64,000 nt of DNA, from positions 1,344,001-1,408,000 of the forward strand of contig OZ245033.1 of NCBI GenBank assembly GCA_965224025.1, in the 5' to 3' direction. The stretch's first letter is position 1. Every line of letters starts with the position of its first letter. This stretch comes from Candidatus Multivorans sp. (GTDB taxonomy: Bacteria; Acidobacteriota; Thermoanaerobaculia; Multivoradales; Multivoraceae). Below the pieces are notes generated by a model. That model did no database searches and was not told the origin of the DNA. It saw nothing but the letters and a program-made list of their open reading frames with translations. This document shows positions 18,674-27,742 of this stretch, one piece after another. The translations under genes were made by a program, and so were the position numbers.

Positions 18674-20802
18674 CAGGCAATGCCCCCACGGCCCGCCAGC
18701 GCGTCCAGCACACGGTCCGGCGTCAGCGGCAGATAGGGCACGCGCACGCCGATTGCGTTCGCCACCGCGTTGCTGATCGCGGCCCCGGGCGAGATCACGG
18801 GCGGCTCTCCCAGGCCGATCACGCCCCGTTCGTCGTACCCGGGGCCGGTCATCATGTGCACTTCCAGCGATCCGACATCCAGGAGACCCGCCAGCTTGTA
18901 GAACTCCATGTCCGCGTTCAGCAGGCGCCCGGTGACAGGATCCGGAATCCACTCTTCGAACAGCGCGTAGCCGACACCCATGATCAGTCCGCCGTAGACC
19001 TGGCTCTCCGCCAGCCGCCGGTTGACGATCAGGCCGCAGTCCTGCACCGCGATCATCCGCTCGACGTGGACCACGCCGGTGTCCATGTCCACCTCGACTT
19101 CCGCGATCTGCACGCCGCCGACGCCGCTCGAAATCAGCCGTCCAGGGCCCGGGTTGCGCCCCTGGGCGCTGACGGGCGCGCCACCGATCCGCGATGCGGC
19201 TTCGGTCCAGGACATCCCGCGCGACGGCTCGCCTTCCACGAACACGCGGCCGCCGGCCGCCGTCAACTGCTCCGGGTCCGCCTCCAGCCCGGGCGCGACT
19301 CGCGTCAGAACCTCGCGCAGGGCGTCCTGCGCCGCTCGACGGGTCGAGGCGCAGACTCCGCCGACCGTCGAACTGCCACCGGACGGACCCGACTGCGGGA
19401 ACCGGTTGTCGCCCAGGGATACCCGCACCTGGGGCAATTCGAGGCCGAACGTCTCGGCCAGCACCTGGGCAACGATCGTGCGCGTCCCCGTACCGATGTC
19501 CTGGGAGCCGAGCCGGGCCTCCACCGCGCCGTCGGGATGCACGGTCACGTCGCAGTTGCTCGCATGGCCGCGCCCGCCCCAGGTGTGAATCGAAACGCCC
19601 AGGCCGCGCTGGAGAGCGCTGTCCCGGGACCTCTTGCGCGGCTGCCAGCGTTCCTTCCACCCGGCCATCCCGGCGGCGATCCCAAGTTCTTCCCGATACA
19701 CGTCGGCGCGGCCGGTGAACTCGAGGTTACGGTCCAGGAACTCGATCGGGTCGAGGTCCAGCTCATTCGCCAGATCATCCAGGCTGGCCATCGTCAGGAA
19801 GCACGCCTGGGGATGATTGGGCGCCCGCCAGGCCCGCGATCCGGCCAGGTTGGTCGGCACGGACGTGTGGCGGAGGCGCCGGTTCGGCAACCTGCTGAAT
19901 ACATACGGCAGCGGCGTCTGGCCGGTGCCCGGCAAGCCGCCCGAGCCCCAGGAGTCCGAATCCCAGGCCACCAGCTTGCCATGCTCGTCCGCCGCCACCC
20001 GGACCCAGGCGAAAGCGGACGGCCGGCTCCCGGCCACCGACACTTCCTGGTCCCGGTCCAGGAACAGCTTGACCGGCGCGCCGGCCTTGCGAGCGAGTTC
20101 CGCACCGACGATCCCCCAGCGGTCCGGTGAGAACTTGGAGCCGAAGCCGCCGCCCATGTACTCGGTCCGGATCCGCACCTGGGTCGCCGGTATGCCGAGT
20201 TCCGAGGCGAACTGGCCCGCCAGAGTGGAGACCGCCTGCGTCGAGGCATGAACCTCGAGTTCGTCACCGTCCCAGGCCGCGACCTGACCGTGCGGTTCGA
20301 GACACATGTGGGCCATCTGCGGCATCCCGAGCGTCTGCTCCACCGTACGATGGGCGGAGGCGAAGGCGGCGTCCGGATCTCCGTCGGTGCGCTCGGAACC
20401 CGGCTGGGCCGCCGGCGCGCGGTCGCGGTACTTCTCCGTGACGAAGTGAGGCAGGACCTCGTACTCGACCTGGATCGCACGCAGCGCGTCGCGGGCAATG
20501 TCCTCGGTGTCGGCAGCGACCGCGGCCACCTCGTCGCCCGCCCACTGGATCTCGGAACCCTCGCCCTGGATCACGTGGACGACGCGCACGCCGGGAATCG
20601 CTTCCGCCGCCGATGTGTCGAGCGCCACGATCCGGGCATGGGCGTGAGGACAGGTCAGGATCTTCGCGGCCAGAAGGCCCGGCGGATTCTGGTCCGACGG
20701 GTATCTGGCGAAGCCGGTCGACTTGACCGGACCGTCCAGGCGGGCCGGGCGGCCGCCGATCTGCCCTCTACGGTCCGCCTCGGGCCAGGAGTAGTCAGCC
20801 AC
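18673..20802 (-). CDS. Xanthine dehydrogenase family molybdopterin subunit (PaoC/YagR-like)
   Basis: RLDG..K.TG, LEPH, GGGFGSK, WRAP, DIGTGTRT, SGGS, GLGEPP (catalytic Glu). Confidence 0.93.
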   Translation of the reverse strand: MADYSWPEADRRGQIGGRPARLDGPVKSTGFARYPSDQNPPGLLAAKILTCPHAHARIVALDTSAAEAIPGVRVVHVIQGEGSEIQWAGDEVAAVAADTEDIARDALRAIQVEYEVLPHFVTEKYRDRAPAAQPGSERTDGDPDAAFASAHRTVEQTLGMPQMAHMCLEPHGQVAAWDGDELEVHASTQAVSTLAGQFASELGIPATQVRIRTEYMGGGFGSKFSPDRWGIVGAELARKAGAPVKLFLDRDQEVSVAGSRPSAFAWVRVAADEHGKLVAWDSDSWGSGGLPGTGQTPLPYVFSRLPNRRLRHTSVPTNLAGSRAWRAPNHPQACFLTMASLDDLANELDLDPIEFLDRNLEFTGRADVYREELGIAAGMAGWKERWQPRKRSRDSALQRGLGVSIHTWGGRGHASNCDVTVHPDGAVEARLGSQDIGTGTRTIVAQVLAETFGLELPQVRVSLGDNRFPQSGPSGGSSTVGGVCASTRRAAQDALREVLTRVAPGLEADPEQLTAAGGRVFVEGEPSRGMSWTEAASRIGGAPVSAQGRNPGPGRLISSGVGGVQIAEVEVDMDTGVVHVERMIAVQDCGLIVNRRLAESQVYGGLIMGVGYALFEEWIPDPVTGRLLNADMEFYKLAGLLDVGSLEVHMMTGPGYDERGVIGLGEPPVISPGAAISNAVANAIGVRVPYLPLTPDRVLDALAGRGGIA

Positions 20803-21448
20803 CGACGGTCCCTCCGCCGTGTCCGCCAGCCTGGCCCGGTCCACCGACCACGGCGCGGATGCCCATGTAGGTCCCGCAGCGGCAGAAGTTGCCGCCCAGC
20901 CCGGCTTCAATCTCCTCCTCGCCCGGGGCCGGGTTGCGCGCCAGCAGCGCCGCGGTGGCGACGACGAAGCCCGGCGTGCAGTAGCCGCACTGCTGCGCGT
21001 CGTTCTCGACGAAGGCGCGCTGGACCTCGTGCATGGCTTCCGGCGAGCCCAGTCCCTCGACGGTCGTGATGCTGCGCCCGGCGGACTCGATCAACAGGCG
21101 GCTGCACGCGTAGATCGGCTGGCCGTCCTCGATCACTGTGCAGGCGCCGCAGGTGCCGCGGTCGCAGACTTTCTTCGGGCCTGTCGTGTCCAGGACATCC
21201 CGCAGCCCGTCGAGCAGCGTGACCCGCGGCTCGACTTCCAGGCGGCGGACGGCGCCGTTCACTTCAAGTTCGACCTCGACCGGGTCCGGCCCGACGTTTC
21301 GGACGCCGTCTGCATCCGTCGCCGCAGCCGCGGCAGCCGCGTCGCCCGGCAGCAGCCCCGCCGCCAGACCACCCGAGAGGGCCCCGGCGGCGCCGCCACG
21401 CAGGAACGACCGGCGAGAGAATCCGGAGCCCTTTGCGTCGTCGCTCAC
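20795..21448 (-). CDS. 2x[2Fe-2S] subunit with twin-arginine signal (PaoA/YagT-like)
   Basis: SRRSFLRG Tat motif; CDRGTCGAC..C, QCGYCTPG, CRC. Confidence 0.93.
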   Translation of the reverse strand: MSDDAKGSGFSRRSFLRGGAAGALSGGLAAGLLPGDAAAAAAATDADGVRNVGPDPVEVELEVNGAVRRLEVEPRVTLLDGLRDVLDTTGPKKVCDRGTCGACTVIEDGQPIYACSRLLIESAGRSITTVEGLGSPEAMHEVQRAFVENDAQQCGYCTPGFVVATAALLARNPAPGEEEIEAGLGGNFCRCGTYMGIRAVVGGPGQAGGHGGGTVGG

Positions 21449-21525
21449 GCGTCTTTCCTTCCAGTGAGAGCTACCCACTCTAGCAGCCGGAGCAGCCCCT
21501 TGCGCACGCTCCCGGACCGCATCGC

Positions 21526-22650
21526 CTAGGGCTGCACCGCGCCCGAATCCCGATGCCGCAGCCGACTGCACACCTCGACGAACTGCGACAGGCCGTCCGC
21601 GGTGAGCATTCCCCGTAGCTCCTGGTCCCGGACCACCCAGAGCGCTCGCGCCGAGCTTTGCAACTGCCGCAGCACCTCCATCAGGTCGCAGTCCTCGGTC
21701 ACGGTCAGCGGCTGGCGGTTCATCAGCTCGAGCAGCGGGGTGTCGCCCGGGCAACGGGCGACCAGGTCGAGCAGGCGCTCGCGGTCCACCTCGCCCGCGA
21801 CCCGTCCCCAACCATCCACGACCGGGAACTGCCGCTGGGTCGTGGAGAGCAGGAGGCGCACCGCCCACTCGATCGTGTCCTGCGGCGCCAGCCGTTCGCA
21901 GCGGGTCATCATCGCCTCGCCGGCGCGGCGACCCTGCAGGACCTGCAGCGTCCGCACCAGGGAGGATTCGCGGCTCGCACCGACGAGCACGAAGAAGGCG
22001 GTCAGAAGCAGCAGAATGCTGAACGCCATGCCCCCCGGCCACGGCACGAGCGCCGCCACACCGAGCAGCGCGGCCAGCACCATCCCCAGCCGGGTCGCGA
22101 TCTTGGTCGCCCGTTCCTGACCCAGGAAGGAGGACAGCGCCGAGCGGAGGATACGGCCGCCGTCGAGGGGAAACGCGGGTAGCAGATTGAGCGCGAACAG
22201 GCACAGATTGCCGAACAGCAACCACTGCAGCGCCGAAGGCAGGTCGACGACGGGGCCGACGCCCCACGGCGGCAGTCCGGCCAACACCAGCCCGAAGAAA
22301 AGCGTCGTCGCCAGACCCAGGTTCACCAGCGGACCGGCCGCCGCGATCGCCAACTCGGCCCTGCCCTGCGGATAACCGTCCAGACGGGCCACGCCCCCGA
22401 TCGGCGTCAAGACGATCTCGCGCGTCTCGATCCCGTACCGGCGAGCTGTCAGCGCGTGGCCGAACTCGTGAACGACGACGCTCGCCAACAACCCCACGAC
22501 AACCAGGCCGACCATCGCAACGCTGCTCTGCATGTCCGGCGCCAGCACCGCCAGCCAGACCAGGAGCAGGATGAACGTGAAATGGACCCGCACGCGGATG
22601 CCGAACAGGTTGAACATCGGAAACGCGAGCCTGCCGATCAACGGTCTCAT
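21526..22650 (-). CDS. Site-2 protease (M50) with CBS pair
   Basis: HEFGH, AGPLVN, NLLPAFPLDGG, C-terminal FPVVD CBS-like region. Confidence 0.92.
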   Translation of the reverse strand: MRPLIGRLAFPMFNLFGIRVRVHFTFILLLVWLAVLAPDMQSSVAMVGLVVVGLLASVVVHEFGHALTARRYGIETREIVLTPIGGVARLDGYPQGRAELAIAAAGPLVNLGLATTLFFGLVLAGLPPWGVGPVVDLPSALQWLLFGNLCLFALNLLPAFPLDGGRILRSALSSFLGQERATKIATRLGMVLAALLGVAALVPWPGGMAFSILLLLTAFFVLVGASRESSLVRTLQVLQGRRAGEAMMTRCERLAPQDTIEWAVRLLLSTTQRQFPVVDGWGRVAGEVDRERLLDLVARCPGDTPLLELMNRQPLTVTEDCDLMEVLRQLQSSARALWVVRDQELRGMLTADGLSQFVEVCSRLRHRDSGAVQP

Positions 22651-23831
22651 CCCACGCGCCTCCTGCCGGCTTCTCCGGCGCCGCTCAGCAGCCCGGCGAG
22701 CCGTTCCAGCCCCGAGACCAGCATCCGGTCGCTGCAGGCGTACGACAGACGAATGTGGCCCTCGCAGCCGAAAGCCGAACCGGGGGTCGTGGCCACGCCG
22801 GCCTCATCGAGCAGACGTCGACTGAACGCCGCGGAGTCAGGACAGTCCTCGTCGAACCAGGCGCTCACGTCCGGGAACGCGTAGAAGGCGCCGGCCGGCG
22901 GCGGGCACACGACGCCCGGAATCCGGTCCAGCTCCGCCAGCAGGAGCCGGCGACGCCGTGCGCAAGCCGCCACCAGGTCTGCCGCCTCGGGCGGTTCGCT
23001 CTCGAGCACCGCCTCGGCGCCGGCCATCGCGAACGAGGTCGCGTTCGAGGTCACGTGGCTCTGCACCGCGGCCGCTGCGGCGACCACCGAAGGAGCGCCG
23101 AGCAGGTAGCCGAGCCGCCATCCGGTCATCGCGTACGTCTTCGAGAAGGAGCCCACGAGGACGACCGTCTCCGGATACCTCGCCGCCAGGGACGCCACGC
23201 TGGCGTGCCGCTTGCCGTCGTAGACGAACCGCTCGTACGTCTCGTCGGAGACCAGCAGGGCGTTCCGCTCGGCGCAGGCGGCCGCGATCCGTTCCAGATC
23301 GAGGATCGACACGACCGCGCCCGTCGGATTGCAGGGCGAGTTGACGATCACCGCGCGCGTACGTTCCGACATCGCCTCGAGCAGCGGTTGGGCCCGGATC
23401 GCGAAGCCGTCGGCGGCCGCCATCGGCACCGTGACCGCCTCAGCACCCGCAAGCCTCACCTGGGCCGGGATGCTGACCCAGGCCGGCGTCGGCACGACGA
23501 CCTCGTCGCCCGCGGACAGAGACGCTTTGGCGAGCTGGTACAGGGCAGCCTTGGCGCCCACGGTGACCAGCACGTTGGCCGCGCCCCAGGGTGCTCCCCG
23601 GGCAGCGTACCGGGCCGCGAGGCCGGCTCTGAGTTCGGGCGTGCCTTCGAGCACCGTATACTTCGTCCGGCCCTCGTCGAGGGCTCGTTGTGCAGCCTTT
23701 ACCGCTGTCTCCGGCGAGGGGAAGTCGGGCTCTCCGGCTCCCAGGTCGAACACCTCGACCCCCTCGCGGCGCAGCTCGGCCACCCGCCGGGAGACAGCCA
23801 TCGTCGCCGACTCGCGCTCACCGGAAGGCAT
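22647..23831 (-). CDS. PLP-dependent class I/II aminotransferase (aspartate aminotransferase-like)
   Basis: GEPDF, NSPCNPTG, SDETY, SFSKTYAMTGWRLG, GAFY; alternative start 23801. Confidence 0.93.
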   Translation of the reverse strand: MPSGERESATMAVSRRVAELRREGVEVFDLGAGEPDFPSPETAVKAAQRALDEGRTKYTVLEGTPELRAGLAARYAARGAPWGAANVLVTVGAKAALYQLAKASLSAGDEVVVPTPAWVSIPAQVRLAGAEAVTVPMAAADGFAIRAQPLLEAMSERTRAVIVNSPCNPTGAVVSILDLERIAAACAERNALLVSDETYERFVYDGKRHASVASLAARYPETVVLVGSFSKTYAMTGWRLGYLLGAPSVVAAAAAVQSHVTSNATSFAMAGAEAVLESEPPEAADLVAACARRRRLLLAELDRIPGVVCPPPAGAFYAFPDVSAWFDEDCPDSAAFSRRLLDEAGVATTPGSAFGCEGHIRLSYACSDRMLVSGLERLAGLLSGAGEAGRRRVG

Positions 23832-25638
23832 GAAGCAGGATCGTAGCAGCAGGTTGGGAGCAGGGGCGGCAGTTGCCGTCGCCGCGGTCCTGTGCCTCGC
23901 GGCGGTCGCGGGAAGCCAGTTCCGGCCGCCTCAGAAGGCGTCGCTCGAGGCCTTCGCCGACCGCACGTCCTACGCTTCCGGCGAGGCGGTGCGCATCGCC
24001 GCCGTGATCACGATTGAAGACGGCTGGCACATCCAGAGCAACACACCGAGTTTCGACTACCTGATCCCCACCGAGATCGCCTTCGAGCTGCCCGCCGGCT
24101 GGCCGCAGCCCGACGTCCGCTACCCCGACCACGTGATGTGGGAGTTCGGGTTCTCGGAGGAGCTGCTGGCTGTCTACGAACACGAGGCGGTGATCCACGC
24201 GGACCTCGACCTGCCCGCGGACGCGCCAGCCGGCGCCGTCGACGTGTCCGCCGAACTCACCTACCAGGCCTGTGACGACATCCAGTGTCTGCCGCCGGTC
24301 ACCGCCGAGGCAACGGTTCAACTCGAGATCGGCGCCACCGGCGAGCCAACCGGCCATCCAGCCTTCGACGCCCCTCCGGCAGGGTCGGCCGGCGCCTCCG
24401 CCGGCGCCATCGGACTCTTCGCGGCGTTGATTCCGGCCCTGCTCGGCGGACTGATCCTGAACGGCATGCCGTGCGTGCTGCCGATCGTCTCGCTCAAGCT
24501 CTTCGGACTGGCCCAGGCTTCCGGCCGTCCCCGCCGGGAGATCACGGCGGGCGCGCTGATGACGACGCTGGGCATCCTCGTCTCGTTCTGGGTGCTCGCG
24601 GCGGCGACGCTCCTGGCCCGCTCGGCCGGCCAGGCGGTGGGCTGGGGAATCCAGTTCCAGAACCCCCTGTTCGTCACCTTCCTGGTGCTCGTCCTCACCC
24701 TGTTCACCCTGAACATCTGGGGTCTGTTCGAGATCCAGTTGCCGCACGCGATGACCAACCGTCTGGGAGGCGGCCGCAGCGAGGGCTACTCCGGGCACTT
24801 CTTCTCCGGCGTCTTCGCCACCCTGATGGCGACCCCGTGCTCGGCGCCCTTCCTCGGCACCGCGATCGGCTTCGCGCTCAGCCAGCCGGGAACCACGATC
24901 GTGACCGTCTTCACCGCGGTCGGCGTCGGACTCGCGGCCCCCTACCTGCTGCTCGCCGCAGTCCCCAACGCGGTCAGGATGCTGCCGAAACCCGGCGAGT
25001 GGATGGCGACGCTGCGCGGGATCATGGGCTTTCTGATCGCCGGCACGACGGTCTGGCTGCTCTACGTCCTCGCCGCCCAGATGGACAGCGCCCGCCTCGC
25101 CTTTCTCGAGATCGGGCTTCTCGTCCTGGCCCTCTTCATCTGGTTGCAGGGCCGGACACAGGGAACTGCGCCGCGCATCCTCGGACGCGTCGGAGCGGTG
25201 GCCGCGGCCCTCTTCGTCCTGTTCCTCGCGGGCGGCGCATCGGCCCACTCCGGCGGGCCCGGCATCGAGCGCGTCCTGAACTGGGTTCCCTTCGACCCGG
25301 TCCAGGCCGTGACCCTCGCCGACGAGGGGCGGCTGGTCTTCGTCGACGTCACCGCGGACTGGTGCGCCACCTGCAAGGTGAACGAACGTCTGGTCCTCGA
25401 GACCGAGGAGACGGCCGCCCTCTTTGCCCGCTACGACGTGGTGGCGATGCAGGCCGACTGGACCAATCGGGACGATGGCATCGCCCGCTACCTGGCGAGC
25501 TTCGGACGCTACGGCATTCCGTTCTACGCGCTGTACCGACCGAACCAGGCGCCGCACCTCTTCAGCGAACTCCTGCGCAAGGGCAGGTTGGAAGAGGCGA
25601 TCCGCAGCTCAGCCGGCGACTTGGTCGCGTCGCGGTAG
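23830..25638 (+). CDS. dsbD: Thiol:disulfide interchange protein, DsbD/ScsB-like
   Basis: Signal peptide; YQACDDIQCLPP, LNGMPCVLP, ATPCSAP, TADWCATCK thioredoxin domain. Confidence 0.9.
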   Translation: MKQDRSSRLGAGAAVAVAAVLCLAAVAGSQFRPPQKASLEAFADRTSYASGEAVRIAAVITIEDGWHIQSNTPSFDYLIPTEIAFELPAGWPQPDVRYPDHVMWEFGFSEELLAVYEHEAVIHADLDLPADAPAGAVDVSAELTYQACDDIQCLPPVTAEATVQLEIGATGEPTGHPAFDAPPAGSAGASAGAIGLFAALIPALLGGLILNGMPCVLPIVSLKLFGLAQASGRPRREITAGALMTTLGILVSFWVLAAATLLARSAGQAVGWGIQFQNPLFVTFLVLVLTLFTLNIWGLFEIQLPHAMTNRLGGGRSEGYSGHFFSGVFATLMATPCSAPFLGTAIGFALSQPGTTIVTVFTAVGVGLAAPYLLLAAVPNAVRMLPKPGEWMATLRGIMGFLIAGTTVWLLYVLAAQMDSARLAFLEIGLLVLALFIWLQGRTQGTAPRILGRVGAVAAALFVLFLAGGASAHSGGPGIERVLNWVPFDPVQAVTLADEGRLVFVDVTADWCATCKVNERLVLETEETAALFARYDVVAMQADWTNRDDGIARYLASFGRYGIPFYALYRPNQAPHLFSELLRKGRLEEAIRSSAGDLVASR

Positions 25639-25878
25639 GATCACCCAAGCGGATGCTCAGACTCGCCGTCTCGTCCAGGGCGAAAGTTAGTAGTGAACGT
25701 TCTGTTCAGGCCAACGAGATTCAAGAACAACATCGTATGAGTGCGCGGGGTCTTGGGAGTAGGGAGGTTGGGCCGGGTTCGGCCTGACCCCGGATTCTCC
25801 GTCGGCACGACCGGCCACGGTCGCGGATGAACCGTAACGCGTGTTGATAGGGTCGCGCCTCGGCACGGGTAGAGGGGA

Positions 25879-27315
25879 TTGGCTACAGCAACCCAACTGT
25901 TCTCCAGCCGCTGGGGGCTGATGCTGGCCATGCTGGGCATGGCGGTGGGTACCGGCAACCTGTGGCGGTTCCCCCGCATCGCCGCGTCCAACGGCGGCGG
26001 CTCCTTCCTGGTCGCCTGGGTCGTCTTCCTGATGCTCTGGTCGGTGCCGCTGATCCTGGCCGAGTTCGCGCTCGGCAAGAAGATGCGGAACGGCACCGTC
26101 GGCGCCTTCGCGCGGATGATGGGCGATCGGTTCGCCTGGATGGGCGCCTGGATCGCCTGGGTGGCGGCGGCGATCGGCTTTTACTACGCGGTGGTCATGG
26201 GCTGGACGCTGCGGTACTTCCTGGCGGCCGTCACGATGCAGCTCAAGGGCGAAGGCTCGACCGAGCTCTGGGAGGAGTTCTCCTACTCGCCCTCCGCGTT
26301 GGTCTTCCACGCCCTGGCCCTGGCCCTGGCCGTGATCGTCGTGCTCCGGGGGATCCGGGGAATCGAGAGCGTGGTGCGGATTCTGATGCCGGCGCTGCTG
26401 GTTCTGGTCGTGGTGCTGGCCGTCCGCGCCGTGACGTTGCCCGGGGCGTCGAGAGGGCTCGAGTTCCTGTTCAAGCCGACCTGGAGCGACCTGCTCGACT
26501 ACAACGTCTGGCTGCAGGCGCTGACCCAGAACGCCTGGGACACCGGCGCCGGCTGGGGGCTGGTGCTGACCTACGCGGTGTTCTCGCGTCGCCGGGAGGA
26601 CACGAACCTGAACTCCTTCCTGCTCGCCTTCGGCAACAACAGCGTGTCGTTGCTCGCCGGCGTCATGGTTCTGTGCACCGTCTTCTCGCTGATGCCCGCC
26701 GCCGCCGACCAGATCGTCGACGCCGGCAACGAGGGCCTGACGTTCATCTGGATACCCCAACTGTTCAATGCGATGCCGGGCGGCGCCATCTTCATGGTCC
26801 TGTTCTTCATGGCCCTGGTGTTCGCCGCTTGGACGTCCTTGGTGGCGATGTTTCAGTTGGTCGGTCTGGCGCTCGAGGAGGCGGGGCTCAAGCGGCGTAC
26901 GGCGATCATCTCTCTCGCGGTCGCCGCCTTCGTTCTCGGTGTGCCCTCGGCGCTCTGGCAACCGTTCTTCCTGAACCAGGACAACGTATGGAGCGTCGCC
27001 CTGATGTCGTGCGGCTTCTTCTTCGCCCTGATCGTGATGCGCTACGGGGTCACGCGCTTCCGCGCCGAGATGATCAACAGCGGAGACCAGGACTTGGCGG
27101 TCGGCGTCTGGTGGGAGTGGGCTATCCGGCTGGTCGTGGTCCAGGCGCTGGCGCTCGTGGTCTGGATGTGCTGGGGCGCGCGCAACGAACCGCTGTGGGG
27201 ACCGCTCGGCGTGGGCAACATGTTCGCCCAGTGGCTCGTGGTGGCCGCGGTTCTGATCGCGCTGAACGGCGTGTTTCTGCGCGGTCTGAAGAGACGCGCT
27301 CAGAACACGGAGTAG
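25879..27315 (+). CDS. Sodium-dependent transporter (NSS/SNF family)
   Basis: FSSRWG, AVGTGNLWRFP, NGGGSF, EFALG, multiple TM helices. Confidence 0.93.
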   Translation: MATATQLFSSRWGLMLAMLGMAVGTGNLWRFPRIAASNGGGSFLVAWVVFLMLWSVPLILAEFALGKKMRNGTVGAFARMMGDRFAWMGAWIAWVAAAIGFYYAVVMGWTLRYFLAAVTMQLKGEGSTELWEEFSYSPSALVFHALALALAVIVVLRGIRGIESVVRILMPALLVLVVVLAVRAVTLPGASRGLEFLFKPTWSDLLDYNVWLQALTQNAWDTGAGWGLVLTYAVFSRRREDTNLNSFLLAFGNNSVSLLAGVMVLCTVFSLMPAAADQIVDAGNEGLTFIWIPQLFNAMPGGAIFMVLFFMALVFAAWTSLVAMFQLVGLALEEAGLKRRTAIISLAVAAFVLGVPSALWQPFFLNQDNVWSVALMSCGFFFALIVMRYGVTRFRAEMINSGDQDLAVGVWWEWAIRLVVVQALALVVWMCWGARNEPLWGPLGVGNMFAQWLVVAAVLIALNGVFLRGLKRRAQNTE

Positions 27316-27322
27316 CGACGCT

Positions 27323-27643
27323 TCAACTGAGCCGGCGGTGCAGCCAGGCCTGGACGCGTTGAATGCGCCGCCAGGCGTTCGGCCAGCGGCGCATGACGAA
27401 AGCCCGCAGGCGGCGGTTCAGTCGGTCGCTGGCGAGCGAGAGGAGTGCCGCGCCGAGTGCGAGGGGCACGATCTGGGGCACGACGGGAAGCAGGACGCCG
27501 ATGATGCCCAGCAGAAGGAACAGGCCGCCCAGAGCGAAGAGAAGAATGCGCACGCCGGTGCGCAGCGGAGCTAGCTCGGGTTGCTGCTCCACGAGGGGCG
27601 GCGACGGCGGGTCCGGATTGCTCTCAGGCTGCGGCACGGCCAT
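27323..27643 (-). CDS. Small membrane protein (DUF454/PGPGW-like)
   Basis: LGGLFLLLGIIGVLLPVVP hydrophobic hairpin followed by basic tail. Confidence 0.65.
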   Translation of the reverse strand: MAVPQPESNPDPPSPPLVEQQPELAPLRTGVRILLFALGGLFLLLGIIGVLLPVVPQIVPLALGAALLSLASDRLNRRLRAFVMRRWPNAWRRIQRVQAWLHRRLS

Positions 27644-27742
27644 GTGCCCGATCATAGTTTCGGAGGCGTGAAGACAGGACGTACGTGAGGGTGCCGCCCG
27701 GGCGACTCGGTCGCGAGAAGCGGTGTCGACGTAGCTGTGGCG

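Noticed and set aside
23329-23829. N-terminal extension of the DsbD-like ORF
   Set aside because: Antisense to the aminotransferase; the signal peptide begins at 23830.
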